A stretch of 64,000 bases of DNA from Bacteroidota bacterium (GCA_029907355.1 JARYLZ010000005.1:5466-69465); one strand, 5' to 3'; shown: positions 47,612 through 58,207, counted from the stretch's first letter. The notes: generated from the sequence alone by a model not told the origin. A program made the numbers and translations.

Positions 47612-47747
47612 GCCCGGCAGAGAGAATGTACAAATAGAGACCTCGGCCAAGCATTCCCTACCGATCCAAAGGGCGGGATGTGCGTTCTCCACGACCGCCC
47701 CGCATGCGGCAACGGAATCTCGTTTCCCGATATACGGGGGAATTGCA

Positions 47748-49466
47748 TCACCGAGGAAAAGTTTCACCGAAGGACCAGCCGATTTTCACTCCGCCTTGCA
47801 CCATCGAGTATCCCCCCAGATGGAGGACGTCCGATGCTTGTATCCTCGCGGGGTAAACGGCAAACTCCGTGAAAGGGATAACGGAGAGCGGTCCATGCAC
47901 ATCGATGATCATGCCGGTCCCCAAGGCAAACAAGGGTGCATAGGCGATGGATGAAAATGCGTTTCCCCAATCGGTTCGGATGCGAACGCCTCCCGCTCCA
48001 CCCTGAACGTAGAACCCCCTCAGACGGACGAGGGGGTGAAAGCGCAGGGCAACCATGAAGGAGTAAATGGTATGCCGCCCCTCGAAGGGGATGCCGACAG
48101 GCCCGGTCGGGAAACAGTCGCATTCCGCGATCACTTTCGTTTTCTCGTACGAAGTCTCAAAGACGACAGCGAACTGAGGTTTGACCGGCAAGGACGCCTC
48201 GAATGCGAACGCGGGTGCGTCGGTGTATCGGATGTCGGCGTCGGCGCGATATTGGCCCACGTGTGTCGCCCACGACGCCCCGGCTGCGACAATACTCCCC
48301 CCGACGCGATCGGCGACAACCGACCTCCTGTCTGGTCCTGCCATGGGAAACCACGGGATATGGATCGAGCATGAGAACATCTCTCGCGGCAGCGGCGCTG
48401 CGATCGTGTATGGGTCATGCGGCATCGTGTGCCACTCCGAAGCAAAACCTACCGCCGCCTCAACCTCCTTCCATTCGAAACCTGTTTCGACGCTGAGTGT
48501 GAAGAGGTTCGCGAGCCCGGCACTGGGACCGGAGGTCGCGTTCCCGAAGAGGACACGTGCGTGTATGCCTATCGTCCCATCGTGCCATAAACCGCTCCAC
48601 TGCAGGCCCACCGCCGTGTGAAGAGTCGCGTCGCGGGGAAAACGCTTCCACGACGGGAAGAAGGAGGCGAGGGATGATCGGGCCTTTCCGTCCTCGTCCG
48701 TCGCCGGAATCGGTTTGGAGATCGATATCATCAACGGGATGGAGAGGCCGCTGCTCTCGACGGCAGATGTCGCCATGGCAAGGCGGAATTCGGCGGGAGG
48801 GCCGATCGTTTCGCCGTTCAACGGGTCTGGGAACGGTACCCCGAAACCCATGAAGGATATGCCCGCCGTAATAGGTCGGTTCAAGAGACGGGAACGCCAT
48901 AACCCGCCGGCGCCGTACGTCCATATCTCGATTCTCCGCTTGTCCGACGTTCGGTCGTTCCATCGGGCGTAACGTCCCGCGAACCCGGCGGACCAGGCGT
49001 TCCCGAGAGAAACGCCGCATGCGACTGCGATCGAAGACTCGAACGGCTCGACGAGATCCCCCGGTGCGACATTCGGGCCCGCGAAGTAATACCGATATGC
49101 GGGGACTTTCTGGAATGCATACTCCATCGCGAACCCGCCGGGCCACCGAGACGGCCGCAGGTTCACCGACACGGCGCGGACGGTGATGGGAAGGCAACAG
49201 TATGAGTAGACCGGTCGTCCGAAGAAGCTCAACCCCGCCCCTTCGCCGATGGCTGCCGATGCGGGGTTGAATCGCAGGGCGGATGATGGAGAGCCGTCGG
49301 GGTACGCTTGGTTCCCCGCCCCGATGCACGAGACCTGGTGCGGGCTTCGGAGAAGCAGTTCGAAGGCCCCGCTCTGTGCGGTCAGCCCTGAGGGGAAAAG
49401 GAGGAAAGCCGTGAAGAGCAGCGAGAAGAAATCGCTTGTATCGAGGTACGCGTAGGAGTGCGACAT
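47748..49466 (-). CDS. Probable outer-membrane beta-barrel protein (hypothetical)
   Basis: The signal peptide is MSHSYAYLDTSDFFSLLFTAFLLFPSGLTAQS (ATG 49466). The body has alternating aromatic/Gly-rich beta-strand-like segments, and the C-terminal region reads ...VQGGVKIGWSF. I did not recognise a family. Confidence 0.45.
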   Translation of the reverse strand: MSHSYAYLDTSDFFSLLFTAFLLFPSGLTAQSGAFELLLRSPHQVSCIGAGNQAYPDGSPSSALRFNPASAAIGEGAGLSFFGRPVYSYCCLPITVRAVSVNLRPSRWPGGFAMEYAFQKVPAYRYYFAGPNVAPGDLVEPFESSIAVACGVSLGNAWSAGFAGRYARWNDRTSDKRRIEIWTYGAGGLWRSRLLNRPITAGISFMGFGVPFPDPLNGETIGPPAEFRLAMATSAVESSGLSIPLMISISKPIPATDEDGKARSSLASFFPSWKRFPRDATLHTAVGLQWSGLWHDGTIGIHARVLFGNATSGPSAGLANLFTLSVETGFEWKEVEAAVGFASEWHTMPHDPYTIAAPLPREMFSCSIHIPWFPMAGPDRRSVVADRVGGSIVAAGASWATHVGQYRADADIRYTDAPAFAFEASLPVKPQFAVVFETSYEKTKVIAECDCFPTGPVGIPFEGRHTIYSFMVALRFHPLVRLRGFYVQGGAGGVRIRTDWGNAFSSIAYAPLFALGTGMIIDVHGPLSVIPFTEFAVYPARIQASDVLHLGGYSMVQGGVKIGWSFGETFPR

Positions 49467-49512
49467 CGCGTTCCGTGAAAGAGGGCTCTCACCGCTTGGG
49501 GATACCCGTCTC

Positions 49513-50535
49513 TCATGCACTCTCGCCGCGTTTCAACCTTTCGTACAGTTCCACTTCCTCTTTGTTCCCGATGATGAGCGGTACGCGCTGGTGCAGGCCG
49601 GTCGGTTCGATATCGAGAATGCGGCGCGAGCCGTCCGATGCGGCGCCCCCTGCCTGCTCGAAGATGAATGCCATCGGAGAAGCCTCGTAGAGAAGCCGAA
49701 GTTTTCCCTTCCCCGTCGCCGTGTCGGCCGGGTACATGAACACGCCCCCGTAGAGGAGATTCCGGTGTAGGTCGGCGACCATCGAGCCGATGTACCGCGA
49801 TGTCGTCTTGGCGTACCGCCCCGACCGGCTGTAGCGGACGATATCCGCGAAACGTTTCGTGGGTTCGTCCCAGATGTGGTAATTGCTATCGTTTGCGGAG
49901 AAGCACTTGCAGACGTCCGGGATACGGATATTCTCGTGCGAGAGAACATACTCGCCGATCATCGGATCCAGCGTGAAGCCGTGCACCCCGTTTCCCGTCG
50001 TGTACACGAACATCGTACTCGAGCCGTAAATGACGTACCCGGCGGCAACCTGCTTGGTTCCCACCTGGAGGAAATCCTCCAACCGGGCGGAACCGTCCGA
50101 ACTGAGCATGCGGTGGATGGAAAAAATGGTCCCGACGGAAACATTCGCATCGATGTTCGACGACCCATCGAGGGGGTCGAACAACACGAGGTATCGGTTT
50201 TCTCCCGATGCCCGTGGGGGGAGTTGTATCATGTTCTCCTCTTCCTCGGAAGCCATCCCCGCCACGGAATCCATCCACCGAAACGTATCCTTCAGCACTT
50301 CATTGGCGAGAACGTCCAATTTCTGTTGCTGTTCCCCTTGAATGTTTTCGCGTCCGAATGAGCCCAACACGCCCGCGAGCCCTGCACGCTGGGCTTTCGA
50401 GAGTATGATTTTCGAGGCAAGCCCGATCCGCCTCAGGAGATTGGAAAAGACCCCACGGCTTTGCGGGTGTAACGACTGCTCCTTCGCGATGTAACTCTCG
50501 AGGGTCTCGAAATCCTTCCAGCCGGTGCCGTCCAC
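49513..50535 (-). CDS. fbp: Fructose-1,6-bisphosphatase, class 1
   Basis: It has ...YLVLFDPLDGSSNIDANVSVGTIFSI... and ...GGVFMYPAD...GKLRLLYEASPMAFIFEQAGG.... It is 340 aa. Confidence 0.9.
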   Translation of the reverse strand: MDGTGWKDFETLESYIAKEQSLHPQSRGVFSNLLRRIGLASKIILSKAQRAGLAGVLGSFGRENIQGEQQQKLDVLANEVLKDTFRWMDSVAGMASEEEENMIQLPPRASGENRYLVLFDPLDGSSNIDANVSVGTIFSIHRMLSSDGSARLEDFLQVGTKQVAAGYVIYGSSTMFVYTTGNGVHGFTLDPMIGEYVLSHENIRIPDVCKCFSANDSNYHIWDEPTKRFADIVRYSRSGRYAKTTSRYIGSMVADLHRNLLYGGVFMYPADTATGKGKLRLLYEASPMAFIFEQAGGAASDGSRRILDIEPTGLHQRVPLIIGNKEEVELYERLKRGESA

Positions 50536-50644
50536 GGTCGTCCTCCGTATTTGTTCTCTGAGTGACGCGGTATGGTCATCCCCGCACCCACCGCGGGTAC
50601 GGGTGTGTCAGATTCTCTCCGTTGAGTCGCTTCATTCCTCTCGG

Positions 50645-50673
50645 AAAAACTACGAAATCGCTTGTACGATTTC
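50645..50673 (-). terminator. Rho-independent terminator downstream of the BNR-repeat gene
   Basis: On the minus strand the stem is GAAATCG/CGATTTC (7 bp) with loop TACAAG. The stem is followed by GTAG and then TTTTT. It begins about 20 nt after the stop at 50693. Confidence 0.6.
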
Positions 50674-50692
50674 CAGGAACCGGGAATGGGGT

Positions 50693-53600
50693 TCACTTTA
50701 AGGACGGCAGTCTTCCGGGCGTCCAGGGGGCGCCAGCCTCTTCGAGCCCTGCTTCCAGCCGAGGCATTCTCTCTCCGAGAAGCACTTCCATGCGAGACAA
50801 GAGTTCGGCAGCTGCCCGTTCGACGATCTCCAATTCCTCGCGGTGGCTCACTGTCGGGGTGGAGGTCGTCGTCCACCGGGATGAGGCAATGTTCGTCAGC
50901 CTTTCCACGACGGACACAGGCCCATTCTCGTTATGCCGCGCGTAGGTCGGATCGCCATCGATCGCACGGATGAGGTCGGCGGTCTCCTGCATCAGTCGGC
51001 GGCACTCGCGCCGGAGCGTATCGCCGGCAGAAGCAACTGCCTCGAGGGCATTCTCAATCAGCCCGAGGCGTGTCCGCATTTCGTATGCTGCTTGCTGGAT
51101 ACCGAGGACAACACGCTGGGCTTCCGCGACCCGTTTGTGGAACGCATCGAGCGCTCGAGAGTCCGCAGCGGGTAATGTCGCGAGGGGAAGAACCTTCGTC
51201 GTGAAGGATACCGGCCCTGCGAGAACCCGCTCGCCGATTTCATCCTTGAGAAGAAGCGTAACGCTGTATGGCCCTGGTGTCACGGGCATCCCGGAACCTG
51301 GCACAGCTCCGGGTTCGCGGACAGGCCGCATGTCCGCATAGCGCAAATCCCACGTGATTCGGTGTATCCCGTCTGCATACGGCGCCGTCAAGCGGCGTAC
51401 GCTCTTCCCCTCCCCGTTCCGGATGTCGAACAGGAGCACCGGCGGCTTTTCCTCGTCCTCCAAGCGTAGTTCCTCGATCGTCGGATAGTGGAACGGCATA
51501 TTTTTTTTCACGGCTTCGCGCTCCGCCTCGCGGCGCATTTCCTTCTTCGATTTCCATGGGTCGCGGATGAAGTAGGTGAACGTTGCTCCGAACGGCGGGT
51601 TCGGCGCGGTGAAAAAAGTTTCGCCTTGCGAAGCGTGCTGTCTCGCCCGGCTGGGAATGTACATCCATGCGTCTTTGACGGGAAAGAGAAACGCAGCGGA
51701 ATCGAGTGCGTTCGCGGCAAGGCTGCGCAGAGGCGCGTAGTCGTCGAGAATGTATATCCCTCGCCCGAATGTGGCGACCACCAAATCGTTTTCTCTCCGC
51801 TGAATCGCGATATCCCGCACCGCCGCAGGGGGAAGACCGCCTTTCAATTTCACCCATCCCTTCCCACGGTCCGGTGTGAAAAAGACCCCGAACTCCGTCC
51901 CCGCAAAGAGCAGGTTTGGAAGGACATGGTCCTCTTCGATCGTATACACGGACCCTTCATCGGGCAGATCGCCTGAAATAGGTAGCCAGGTTTTCCCGAG
52001 GTCCGGGCTCATGAGAATGTACGGCCGGAAGTCGCCCATTTTATGATTATCGAAACATGCGTACACCGTCCTAGGCTCATGGCGCGAAGCCCGGACACAA
52101 CTGACGTATGTTCGATCGGGAATACCCGGGAAGGAAACGATTTTTCTCCAATTCGCACCGCCGTCCTCGCTGATATGGATGAGACCATCGTCCGTCCCGG
52201 CAACGAGAAGACCTTCCACGAGAGGCGATTCGTCGAATGCGACGATGTTGCCGTAAAACGATGTCGATGCGTTCTTCGCTACCGCGTCCGGCCCCCACAC
52301 CCTGCCCATGACGGGAAGAGTGTTGCGGTCGATTCCGCGGCTGAGATCCGGGCTGATCACGCGCCAGCTGTCGCCGCGGTCGTCACTTCGGAACACGACG
52401 TTCGAACAGAAATACAAGCGCGTCGGGGAATGCGGGCTGATGAGCAGAGGGGAATCCCAGTTCCATCGATAGGGCGGTTCCCCCGGCCGGGGTTTCGGCT
52501 GGATGGGGATGCGCTCCCCACTCGCACGGTCGAACCGTACGAGCCCTCCGTACTGCCACTGCGCATAGATGATGTTCGGGTTCGAGGGATCGACCTGTGG
52601 CTCGAAACCATCTCCACCGACGAGGTGGAACCAGTCTTCGTTCATGATGCCGTCCGCTTTCAGCGTACGGGACGGCCCCCCGAGACTGTTGTTGTCCTGC
52701 GTCCCTCCGTAGACGAAATAGAACGGGCGTGTGTCGTCGACGGAGACGCGGTAGAATTGGGTGATGGGGAGATTCTCGAAGAAACGCCATGTCTCGCCGC
52801 GATCGTAACTCTCGTACAACCCGCCGTCTCCCCCGACGAGTAGATGGTCGGTGTTCTCCGGATCGATCCACAGGGCATGGTCGTCAACATGACGGTGGCG
52901 GTTCCCGAGAGCGCGAAACGTCTTCCCGCCATCGTCGGTCACCATGAGAATGGTGTGGAAATTATAAACACGGTCAGGGTTGGCCGGATCGCAGACCAGT
53001 TCCTGGTAATACTGGGCAGCATCCGAAACGAAGGAGTTCCGTTTCTCCCACGTCGCGCCCCTGTCCGTGGAACGGAAAAACCCGCCCTGACCGTTCGCAG
53101 CCTCGATCGTCGCATAGACGATATCGGGGTTCGAAGGCGCGAGTGCGAGACCAATGCGTCCGAGATCGACGTTGGGTATCCCGTTCCTCAGCGTGTCCCA
53201 CGTTTGTCCCCCATCCCGTGTCCGGAAAATTCCGGCCTCCGGTCCGCCGTTGATGAGGGTCCAAACATGCCGGCGCCTCTGGTATGCAGCAGCGTACAAG
53301 ATTTCAGGGTCGCGCGGATCCATCACGACATCCGTGACACCCGTGTTCTCGCTGATTGTCAGTACGGCTTTCCATGTCTTCCCTCCGTCGGTCGTCTTGT
53401 ACAGGCCCCGGTCGCCACCGGGCGCCCAGAGCGGACCCTGCACCGCGACATAGACGATATTGGAGTTCCGGGGGTGAATGACGATGCGCCCGATGTGTTC
53501 GGAACGTTTCAATCCCATGCACTTCCAGGTCGTGCCGCCGTCATCCGATCGATACACCCCATCGCCGTATGAGACACTGCGCTGGCTGTTGTTCTCGCCC

Positions 53601-53962
53601 GTCCCGACCCAAACGGTGTGCGGGTTCATCGGATCGACAGCGACACAACCGATCGAAAAGGATTTCTGCCCATCGAAAACAGGCTGCCACGTCGTCCCGC
53701 CGTTCGTCGTCTTCCATACCCCACCACACGCGACACCAATGTACCATGTCCGCGGGCGGGAGGGGTGCACGGCGATATCGATAATGCGCCCGGACGTCAG
53801 GGCCGGCCCGATAGAACGGAAAGAAAGCCCGTCGAATGTTCTGGACTGCATGGGTTTTTTCTCGTTGCCGCCCACCTGTTTTTTCCCCTGGGAATGAACA
53901 GCTGGGGCCAAGAGGCTGGTGAACAGGACACAAACAGCCGTGACGGCGATGCGACCTTTCAT
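50693..53962 (-). CDS. Secreted BNR/Asp-box repeat protein (sortilin/VPS10-like, glycosyl-hydrolase-like double propeller)
   Basis: The signal peptide is MKGRIAVTAVCVLFTSLLAPAVHSQ (ATG 53962). At least eight Asp-boxes (S/T-x-D-x-G-x-T-W) are present, for example SDDGGTTWK, TTDGGKTWK, TRDGGQTWD, STDRGATWE, SYDRGETWR and SEDGGANWR. Confidence 0.85.
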   Translation of the reverse strand: MKGRIAVTAVCVLFTSLLAPAVHSQGKKQVGGNEKKPMQSRTFDGLSFRSIGPALTSGRIIDIAVHPSRPRTWYIGVACGGVWKTTNGGTTWQPVFDGQKSFSIGCVAVDPMNPHTVWVGTGENNSQRSVSYGDGVYRSDDGGTTWKCMGLKRSEHIGRIVIHPRNSNIVYVAVQGPLWAPGGDRGLYKTTDGGKTWKAVLTISENTGVTDVVMDPRDPEILYAAAYQRRRHVWTLINGGPEAGIFRTRDGGQTWDTLRNGIPNVDLGRIGLALAPSNPDIVYATIEAANGQGGFFRSTDRGATWEKRNSFVSDAAQYYQELVCDPANPDRVYNFHTILMVTDDGGKTFRALGNRHRHVDDHALWIDPENTDHLLVGGDGGLYESYDRGETWRFFENLPITQFYRVSVDDTRPFYFVYGGTQDNNSLGGPSRTLKADGIMNEDWFHLVGGDGFEPQVDPSNPNIIYAQWQYGGLVRFDRASGERIPIQPKPRPGEPPYRWNWDSPLLISPHSPTRLYFCSNVVFRSDDRGDSWRVISPDLSRGIDRNTLPVMGRVWGPDAVAKNASTSFYGNIVAFDESPLVEGLLVAGTDDGLIHISEDGGANWRKIVSFPGIPDRTYVSCVRASRHEPRTVYACFDNHKMGDFRPYILMSPDLGKTWLPISGDLPDEGSVYTIEEDHVLPNLLFAGTEFGVFFTPDRGKGWVKLKGGLPPAAVRDIAIQRRENDLVVATFGRGIYILDDYAPLRSLAANALDSAAFLFPVKDAWMYIPSRARQHASQGETFFTAPNPPFGATFTYFIRDPWKSKKEMRREAEREAVKKNMPFHYPTIEELRLEDEEKPPVLLFDIRNGEGKSVRRLTAPYADGIHRITWDLRYADMRPVREPGAVPGSGMPVTPGPYSVTLLLKDEIGERVLAGPVSFTTKVLPLATLPAADSRALDAFHKRVAEAQRVVLGIQQAAYEMRTRLGLIENALEAVASAGDTLRRECRRLMQETADLIRAIDGDPTYARHNENGPVSVVERLTNIASSRWTTTSTPTVSHREELEIVERAAAELLSRMEVLLGERMPRLEAGLEEAGAPWTPGRLPSLK

Positions 53963-54258
53963 GGTGAAACCCTCGCAGAAAAAAGGAAGAGTGTCGGGCA
54001 AGCAGGCAGCGTTTTTCCCCATTCGGGGATGTGCACTCAAGGTGAGCAGACTCTTGCCTCATGAGCGGCCTTGATGCGGAACATGGGATTTTTTGGCGAT
54101 TCCGTCAATTGTGGAACTTCCGCATCCATCCGAGAACTGCGGATGCTCGGTTCTTTTCTCCGAGTGACAGCGCGGAGAATCATGAAAGAGAAACGGCTCG
54201 CGTTTGCAGATTTTTACAACGGCGGGCATGTTGCATAACGAGAAACGGCACGGCAGGC

Positions 54259-54951
54259 ATGGAAGACGATTTTCGAAAAGAAGTCATCGCGTACTACGAC
54301 GAGTTCTACCGACGTGAAGACTTCCGATATTACTCCCCCTCTTTCACGCGCCGTATCCTCTCTGCTCTGTGTTCCCGAGCGGGAGTGAAACCCGGCGCTC
54401 GCGTTCTCGATATCGGCTGTGGTACGGGACATTACACGGCTATCTTCCAGGCCATGGGGTACGATGCGCTGGGGATCGACATCAGCCGCACCGCCGTGGA
54501 GCGCGCCCGCGAACTTCACCCCGAATCTCGTTTTGCGGTGGAGGACGCGACGCGGCTACCGTTCCCGAAGGCATCGTTCGACCTGATTTTTTCGCTCGGC
54601 GTGAGCGTCATGAGCACCCCCGACCTCACCTCGATCCATGCCTACATCCGCCACCTCATGGAATTCGTCGCGCCCGGTGGTTCGTTGATCCTCATCGGCG
54701 GGAGCGACCTGTCGGGGCGCCGTTCGAAGACATCCAGCTGGCTGTACCACACGTGGGATGAGATCCGCCGCTTCGTCCCGAACGGTCCGTGGACCACCGA
54801 GGGACCTTACCTTACCCATTTCCGTTTCGTGGCCGCCGTCCCTTCCCTTTCCCTGTCCATGCTCCTCACGACCATTCTGCGGTTTCTCCCGCTGAAAACG
54901 GTTTGGAAAACGGTGTACCTCATCCGTGCACAGGGGCATGAAAAGGAGTAA
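54259..54951 (+). CDS. Class I SAM-dependent methyltransferase
   Basis: Motif I is VLDIGCGTGHYT and the post-I motif is LGIDIS. I chose the MEDDFRKEVIAYYDEFY start (ATG 54259). The ORF-track start at 54061 adds an Arg/Cys-rich leader. Confidence 0.75.
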   Translation: MEDDFRKEVIAYYDEFYRREDFRYYSPSFTRRILSALCSRAGVKPGARVLDIGCGTGHYTAIFQAMGYDALGIDISRTAVERARELHPESRFAVEDATRLPFPKASFDLIFSLGVSVMSTPDLTSIHAYIRHLMEFVAPGGSLILIGGSDLSGRRSKTSSWLYHTWDEIRRFVPNGPWTTEGPYLTHFRFVAAVPSLSLSMLLTTILRFLPLKTVWKTVYLIRAQGHEKE

Positions 54952-55215
54952 GATGTACTGCAGGCGTGTCTTTAACTCAGGACCCTGAGAGGTACCGCTC
55001 TTTCGTGAGAGGAGGGGAAACCGTACCGCCCAGAGACCTCTTCCAACGAGCCAGCAGGTATTTTCCCATACGCCCTCGCAATCTGAAGGGTCATTCCGGG
55101 CGCGCTATCGCCGGGAAGGCATAGGGCACCCGCCCGAAAAGAAAAGGGACATGCGCGTCCTGCCTTCTGGGCGTTTCGCGTTTTCGCTTTGCCGTCGAAG
55201 GGTATGCCGACGAGC

Positions 55216-55244
55216 TTGACAACGAGAAAAAGCCTGGGTATATT
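55216..55244 (+). promoter_or_regulatory. Sigma-70-type promoter candidate for the tetR-efflux operon: TTGACA, 17 nt, TATATT
   Basis: TTGACA lies at 55216-55221 and TATATT at 55239-55244, with an exactly 17-nt spacer. The promoter is about 40 nt upstream of ATG 55285. Confidence 0.5.
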
Positions 55245-55271
55245 TAACCAAAGAGTTTAACCATTTGACCA
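55243..55271 (+). promoter_or_regulatory. Three direct copies of TTT(A/G)ACCA, starting at 55243, 55256 and 55264, overlapping and following the -10 element. Candidate TetR operator.
   Basis: Read directly from the sequence: tatatTTTAACCAaagagTTTAACCATTTGACCAat. Confidence 0.3.
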
Positions 55272-55284
55272 ATATCTTGGAGCG

Positions 55285-55929
55285 ATGCAAGCGGAACGGA
55301 CATACACGGCGACAGAGAAACGGATCTTCCGCGCCGCCATATCCGTTTTCGGGGAGCGCGGCAAACATGGGGCCCGCGTTCGCGACATCGCTCAACGGGC
55401 AGGGACCAATAAAGCACTCGTGCACTACTATTTCCGTTCGAAGGAACGATTGTATTCCGAGGTTTTCCGCTACCTGATCACGACGATGTTCCGGTTCATT
55501 GCACAGGCCGTCAAGGAGAGCGACGATTTCGCGGACATCATCCGCACATTCATCGACCGTTATTTCTCCCTCCTCGAAAAGAACAGGGATATCCTGCGTT
55601 TCATGTTCCGGGAGATCCTGGCAGGTGCAACGGCATTCGGGAAAGAATTGGAACAGATATACACGACCGATCAACGAACTCCACCGCATATCTTCTTCGA
55701 ATCCTACGAGCGCGCTGTCCGCCGGGGCGAGATCCGCGATATCGGTGCCGTCCAAACGCTGTTAACCATGATCGGCGCGTGCGTCCTCTCTTTCATGGCG
55801 CCGCCGATCGTCTTCGCTCTATACCCCATGGAACGGAAAACGCGTAAGCAGTTCATGAACGAGCGGAAAGAGCACATCTTCAACATCCTCTATTTCGGTC
55901 TGCAACCCCGTGTGGAGTCCCCTGCATGA
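55285..55929 (+). CDS. TetR/AcrR family transcriptional regulator
   Basis: The N-terminal HTH is RIFRAAISVFGERGKHGARVRDIAQRAGTNKALVHYYFRSKERLY. The stop overlaps the next ATG (ATGA). Confidence 0.85.
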   Translation: MQAERTYTATEKRIFRAAISVFGERGKHGARVRDIAQRAGTNKALVHYYFRSKERLYSEVFRYLITTMFRFIAQAVKESDDFADIIRTFIDRYFSLLEKNRDILRFMFREILAGATAFGKELEQIYTTDQRTPPHIFFESYERAVRRGEIRDIGAVQTLLTMIGACVLSFMAPPIVFALYPMERKTRKQFMNERKEHIFNILYFGLQPRVESPA

Positions 55930-57254
55930 GTCGAATGCCCGCTCTTTTCCTTTGCCTCTTAGCGGTATTCCCCGTCGCCGCATTTCCCCAGCCGCGGTAC
56001 TCCTCGTCGTCTTTGCGCGACCTTGCCGAGCGCCGCTTCGAGCGCGTGCGCATCGAGGAAGCCGGTCTCGAGCAGTCGCGCCTCACCGCCGCGAGCGCCC
56101 GTACAGCGCGGTTTCCTCACCTCGACCTGACCGCACAGTACACCCATATCAGCGAGTACGGGAAGATCGAGTTCTCCATTCCAGGGCTTCCCGTTCCACC
56201 GCGCACGATCTCCTTCGGTGACGGGAATATCGCCGAGGCTGCTGTGAGCGTGACGGCACCGCTGTTCACGGGTTTCCGACTCACCGCTGCCGAAGCCGCT
56301 GCGGAGGAGCGTGTTCGTATGGCGGAACGGACGGTCGCGAACGCCGTCCTCGAGGCGCGTCTCGCGACCCTGCGCTCATGCCGCCTGGCACAAGCGGCCC
56401 GGGCGAGCATCGCTATCGTCGACACGCAGCGCGCCTCACTCGAACGCCTGCTCGACTTCCAGCGCCGCCGCTTGGAACAGGGTCAGGCCATCCCCTTCGA
56501 CACTCTCGTGATCGCGGCGCGCATTGCCCAGCTCGCCGTCGAACGGGCATCGGCGGAGGGCGCATTCCGGAACGCACTCGCTTCCATCCGCCAGTTAACG
56601 GGACTCGAGGGGCCCTTCGATATCGAGGATGAACCGCCGGGTTTCGAGATCGCCGCGGAAACGCGTTCGCTCCGTGAACGTGCAGAGGAACTCTCCATCG
56701 AGGCGTTTCGGCAACGGTACGACCTGCTGAATCTCGGTTCTGCAAAAGTGCTTGCCGAACACGGGGCTACCTCCGCCCGGGCCGGGATGTACCCGTCGAT
56801 CTTCGCCTCAGCCTCTTTCCGGTTCGGCCGACCGGGAGTCGACCAGGTGAAGAACGAGTGGATGGACTATTATACCGTCGGGATCCGTATGGATTGGAAC
56901 CTGTGGAACTGGCATGCCGATCGACGGGCTGTCGAGGCGCAGGAACTCGAAGCGCGCAAGATCGACTTGCAGATCGCCGCTCTGCGCAATACCATCCGCA
57001 CCCGCATCGATATGGCCTTGAACGATTTGGAAACCCGTTGTCGGACCCTCGAGCTGTTGACCATTCAAGCCGACAACGAACGCGCCAAGCTGGAACTGAC
57101 GCGAGCACGACTCCGCCAAGGCCTGGCCACCCCCACCGACGTCGTCGAAGCGGAAACGGCTTTGACAACCGCCCTCCTCCGGCATGAACAGGCTCTATGC
57201 GAGTACCTGAACACCCGGAGCGAGCTCGGTGCCCTCTTGGGGAAGGAATGGTAA
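55926..57254 (+). CDS. TolC-family outer-membrane efflux protein
   Basis: It has a signal peptide (MSRMPALFLCLLAVFPVAAFPQ) and two repeated coiled-coil/barrel halves with typical TolC motifs (...PHLDLTAQYTH... and ...GMYPSIFASASFRF...). Confidence 0.85.
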   Translation: MSRMPALFLCLLAVFPVAAFPQPRYSSSSLRDLAERRFERVRIEEAGLEQSRLTAASARTARFPHLDLTAQYTHISEYGKIEFSIPGLPVPPRTISFGDGNIAEAAVSVTAPLFTGFRLTAAEAAAEERVRMAERTVANAVLEARLATLRSCRLAQAARASIAIVDTQRASLERLLDFQRRRLEQGQAIPFDTLVIAARIAQLAVERASAEGAFRNALASIRQLTGLEGPFDIEDEPPGFEIAAETRSLRERAEELSIEAFRQRYDLLNLGSAKVLAEHGATSARAGMYPSIFASASFRFGRPGVDQVKNEWMDYYTVGIRMDWNLWNWHADRRAVEAQELEARKIDLQIAALRNTIRTRIDMALNDLETRCRTLELLTIQADNERAKLELTRARLRQGLATPTDVVEAETALTTALLRHEQALCEYLNTRSELGALLGKEW

Positions 57255-57313
57255 CGATGCCCACACCCACCCTTCCTCTCACCCATGATGAACACGCTCA
57301 GAGACACAGACAC

Positions 57314-58207
57314 ATGAAACGTCTTTCGTTCCTCCTCCTTGTCGCCGTCGCTTGTTTCGGCTGCGGCGACGACCGTCGAGACACCCTGACGTTCACCTCG
57401 ACCATGGACGTCAACACGATCCGCGTCAGCGCGCAGGCGGGCGGCACCGTCGTCGATCTCTCGTTCGAGGAAGGCGATCGCGTGGATTCCGGGCAGGTCC
57501 TGCTCCGCCTCGACACCGAGAAACCCGCACTCCAACTCGAACAGAGCCGTGCCGCCCTGGATGAACTCGCTCAACAGATCGAAGCGAGCCGGGCGCAAGC
57601 CCAGGCGGCCGCCGTTCAGCGGGACAATCTCCGGATGCGGTACGAACGGTTCTCCGCTCTCCTGGAGTCCGATGCGACGACGCGCCAGTCCGTCGACGAC
57701 CTCTACACACAGCTGGAGGCGGCGGAACAGCAGTTGCGCGCTTCCCGCAGCACCCTCGAAGCTCTCGAAAGGAAACGGAGACAGGTCGATGCGGGCATTC
57801 GGCTCATGGAACGCCAACTTCGCGATGCCGTCGTCACGGCACCGGCCTCCGGCATCGTTCTCGTTCGCTATGTCGATAGAGGTGAACTCGTCATGCCGGG
57901 CTCCCCCCTCTGTGAACTTGCCGATCTCTCTACGCTCTGGGCAAGGGTTTACATCGCGGAACCCGACCTGCCCTCCCTACGTCTCGGACAGCAGGTCATC
58001 CTGCGGGCAGACGGCCTGCCGGGCAAGGAATTCACGGGCGTCCTGACATGGATTTCCGACAAGGCAGAATTCACTCCGAAGACCATTCTCACCGAGGAAA
58101 CAAGGACGACCCTGGTCTTCCCTGCCCGCGTCACGGTGCGTAACCCTGAAGGTCTCTTGAAAATCGGCATGCCGGTCACCGTCACGGCGAGAAAGGCCGC
58201 CCTGTGA
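57314..58207 (+). CDS. HlyD-family membrane-fusion (periplasmic adaptor) lipoprotein
   Basis: MKRLSFLLLVAVACFGCGDD contains a lipobox. A biotinyl-lipoyl-like segment (VSAQAGGTVVDLSFEEGDRVDSGQVLLRLD) is followed by a long coiled coil and then ...VTAPASGIVLVRYVDRGELVMPGSPL.... Confidence 0.85.
   Translation: MKRLSFLLLVAVACFGCGDDRRDTLTFTSTMDVNTIRVSAQAGGTVVDLSFEEGDRVDSGQVLLRLDTEKPALQLEQSRAALDELAQQIEASRAQAQAAAVQRDNLRMRYERFSALLESDATTRQSVDDLYTQLEAAEQQLRASRSTLEALERKRRQVDAGIRLMERQLRDAVVTAPASGIVLVRYVDRGELVMPGSPLCELADLSTLWARVYIAEPDLPSLRLGQQVILRADGLPGKEFTGVLTWISDKAEFTPKTILTEETRTTLVFPARVTVRNPEGLLKIGMPVTVTARKAAL

Noticed and set aside
55105-55755. 216-aa minus-strand ORF overlapping the TetR gene and its promoter
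   Set aside because: It is antisense to a clear TetR HTH-containing gene and contains no motifs.
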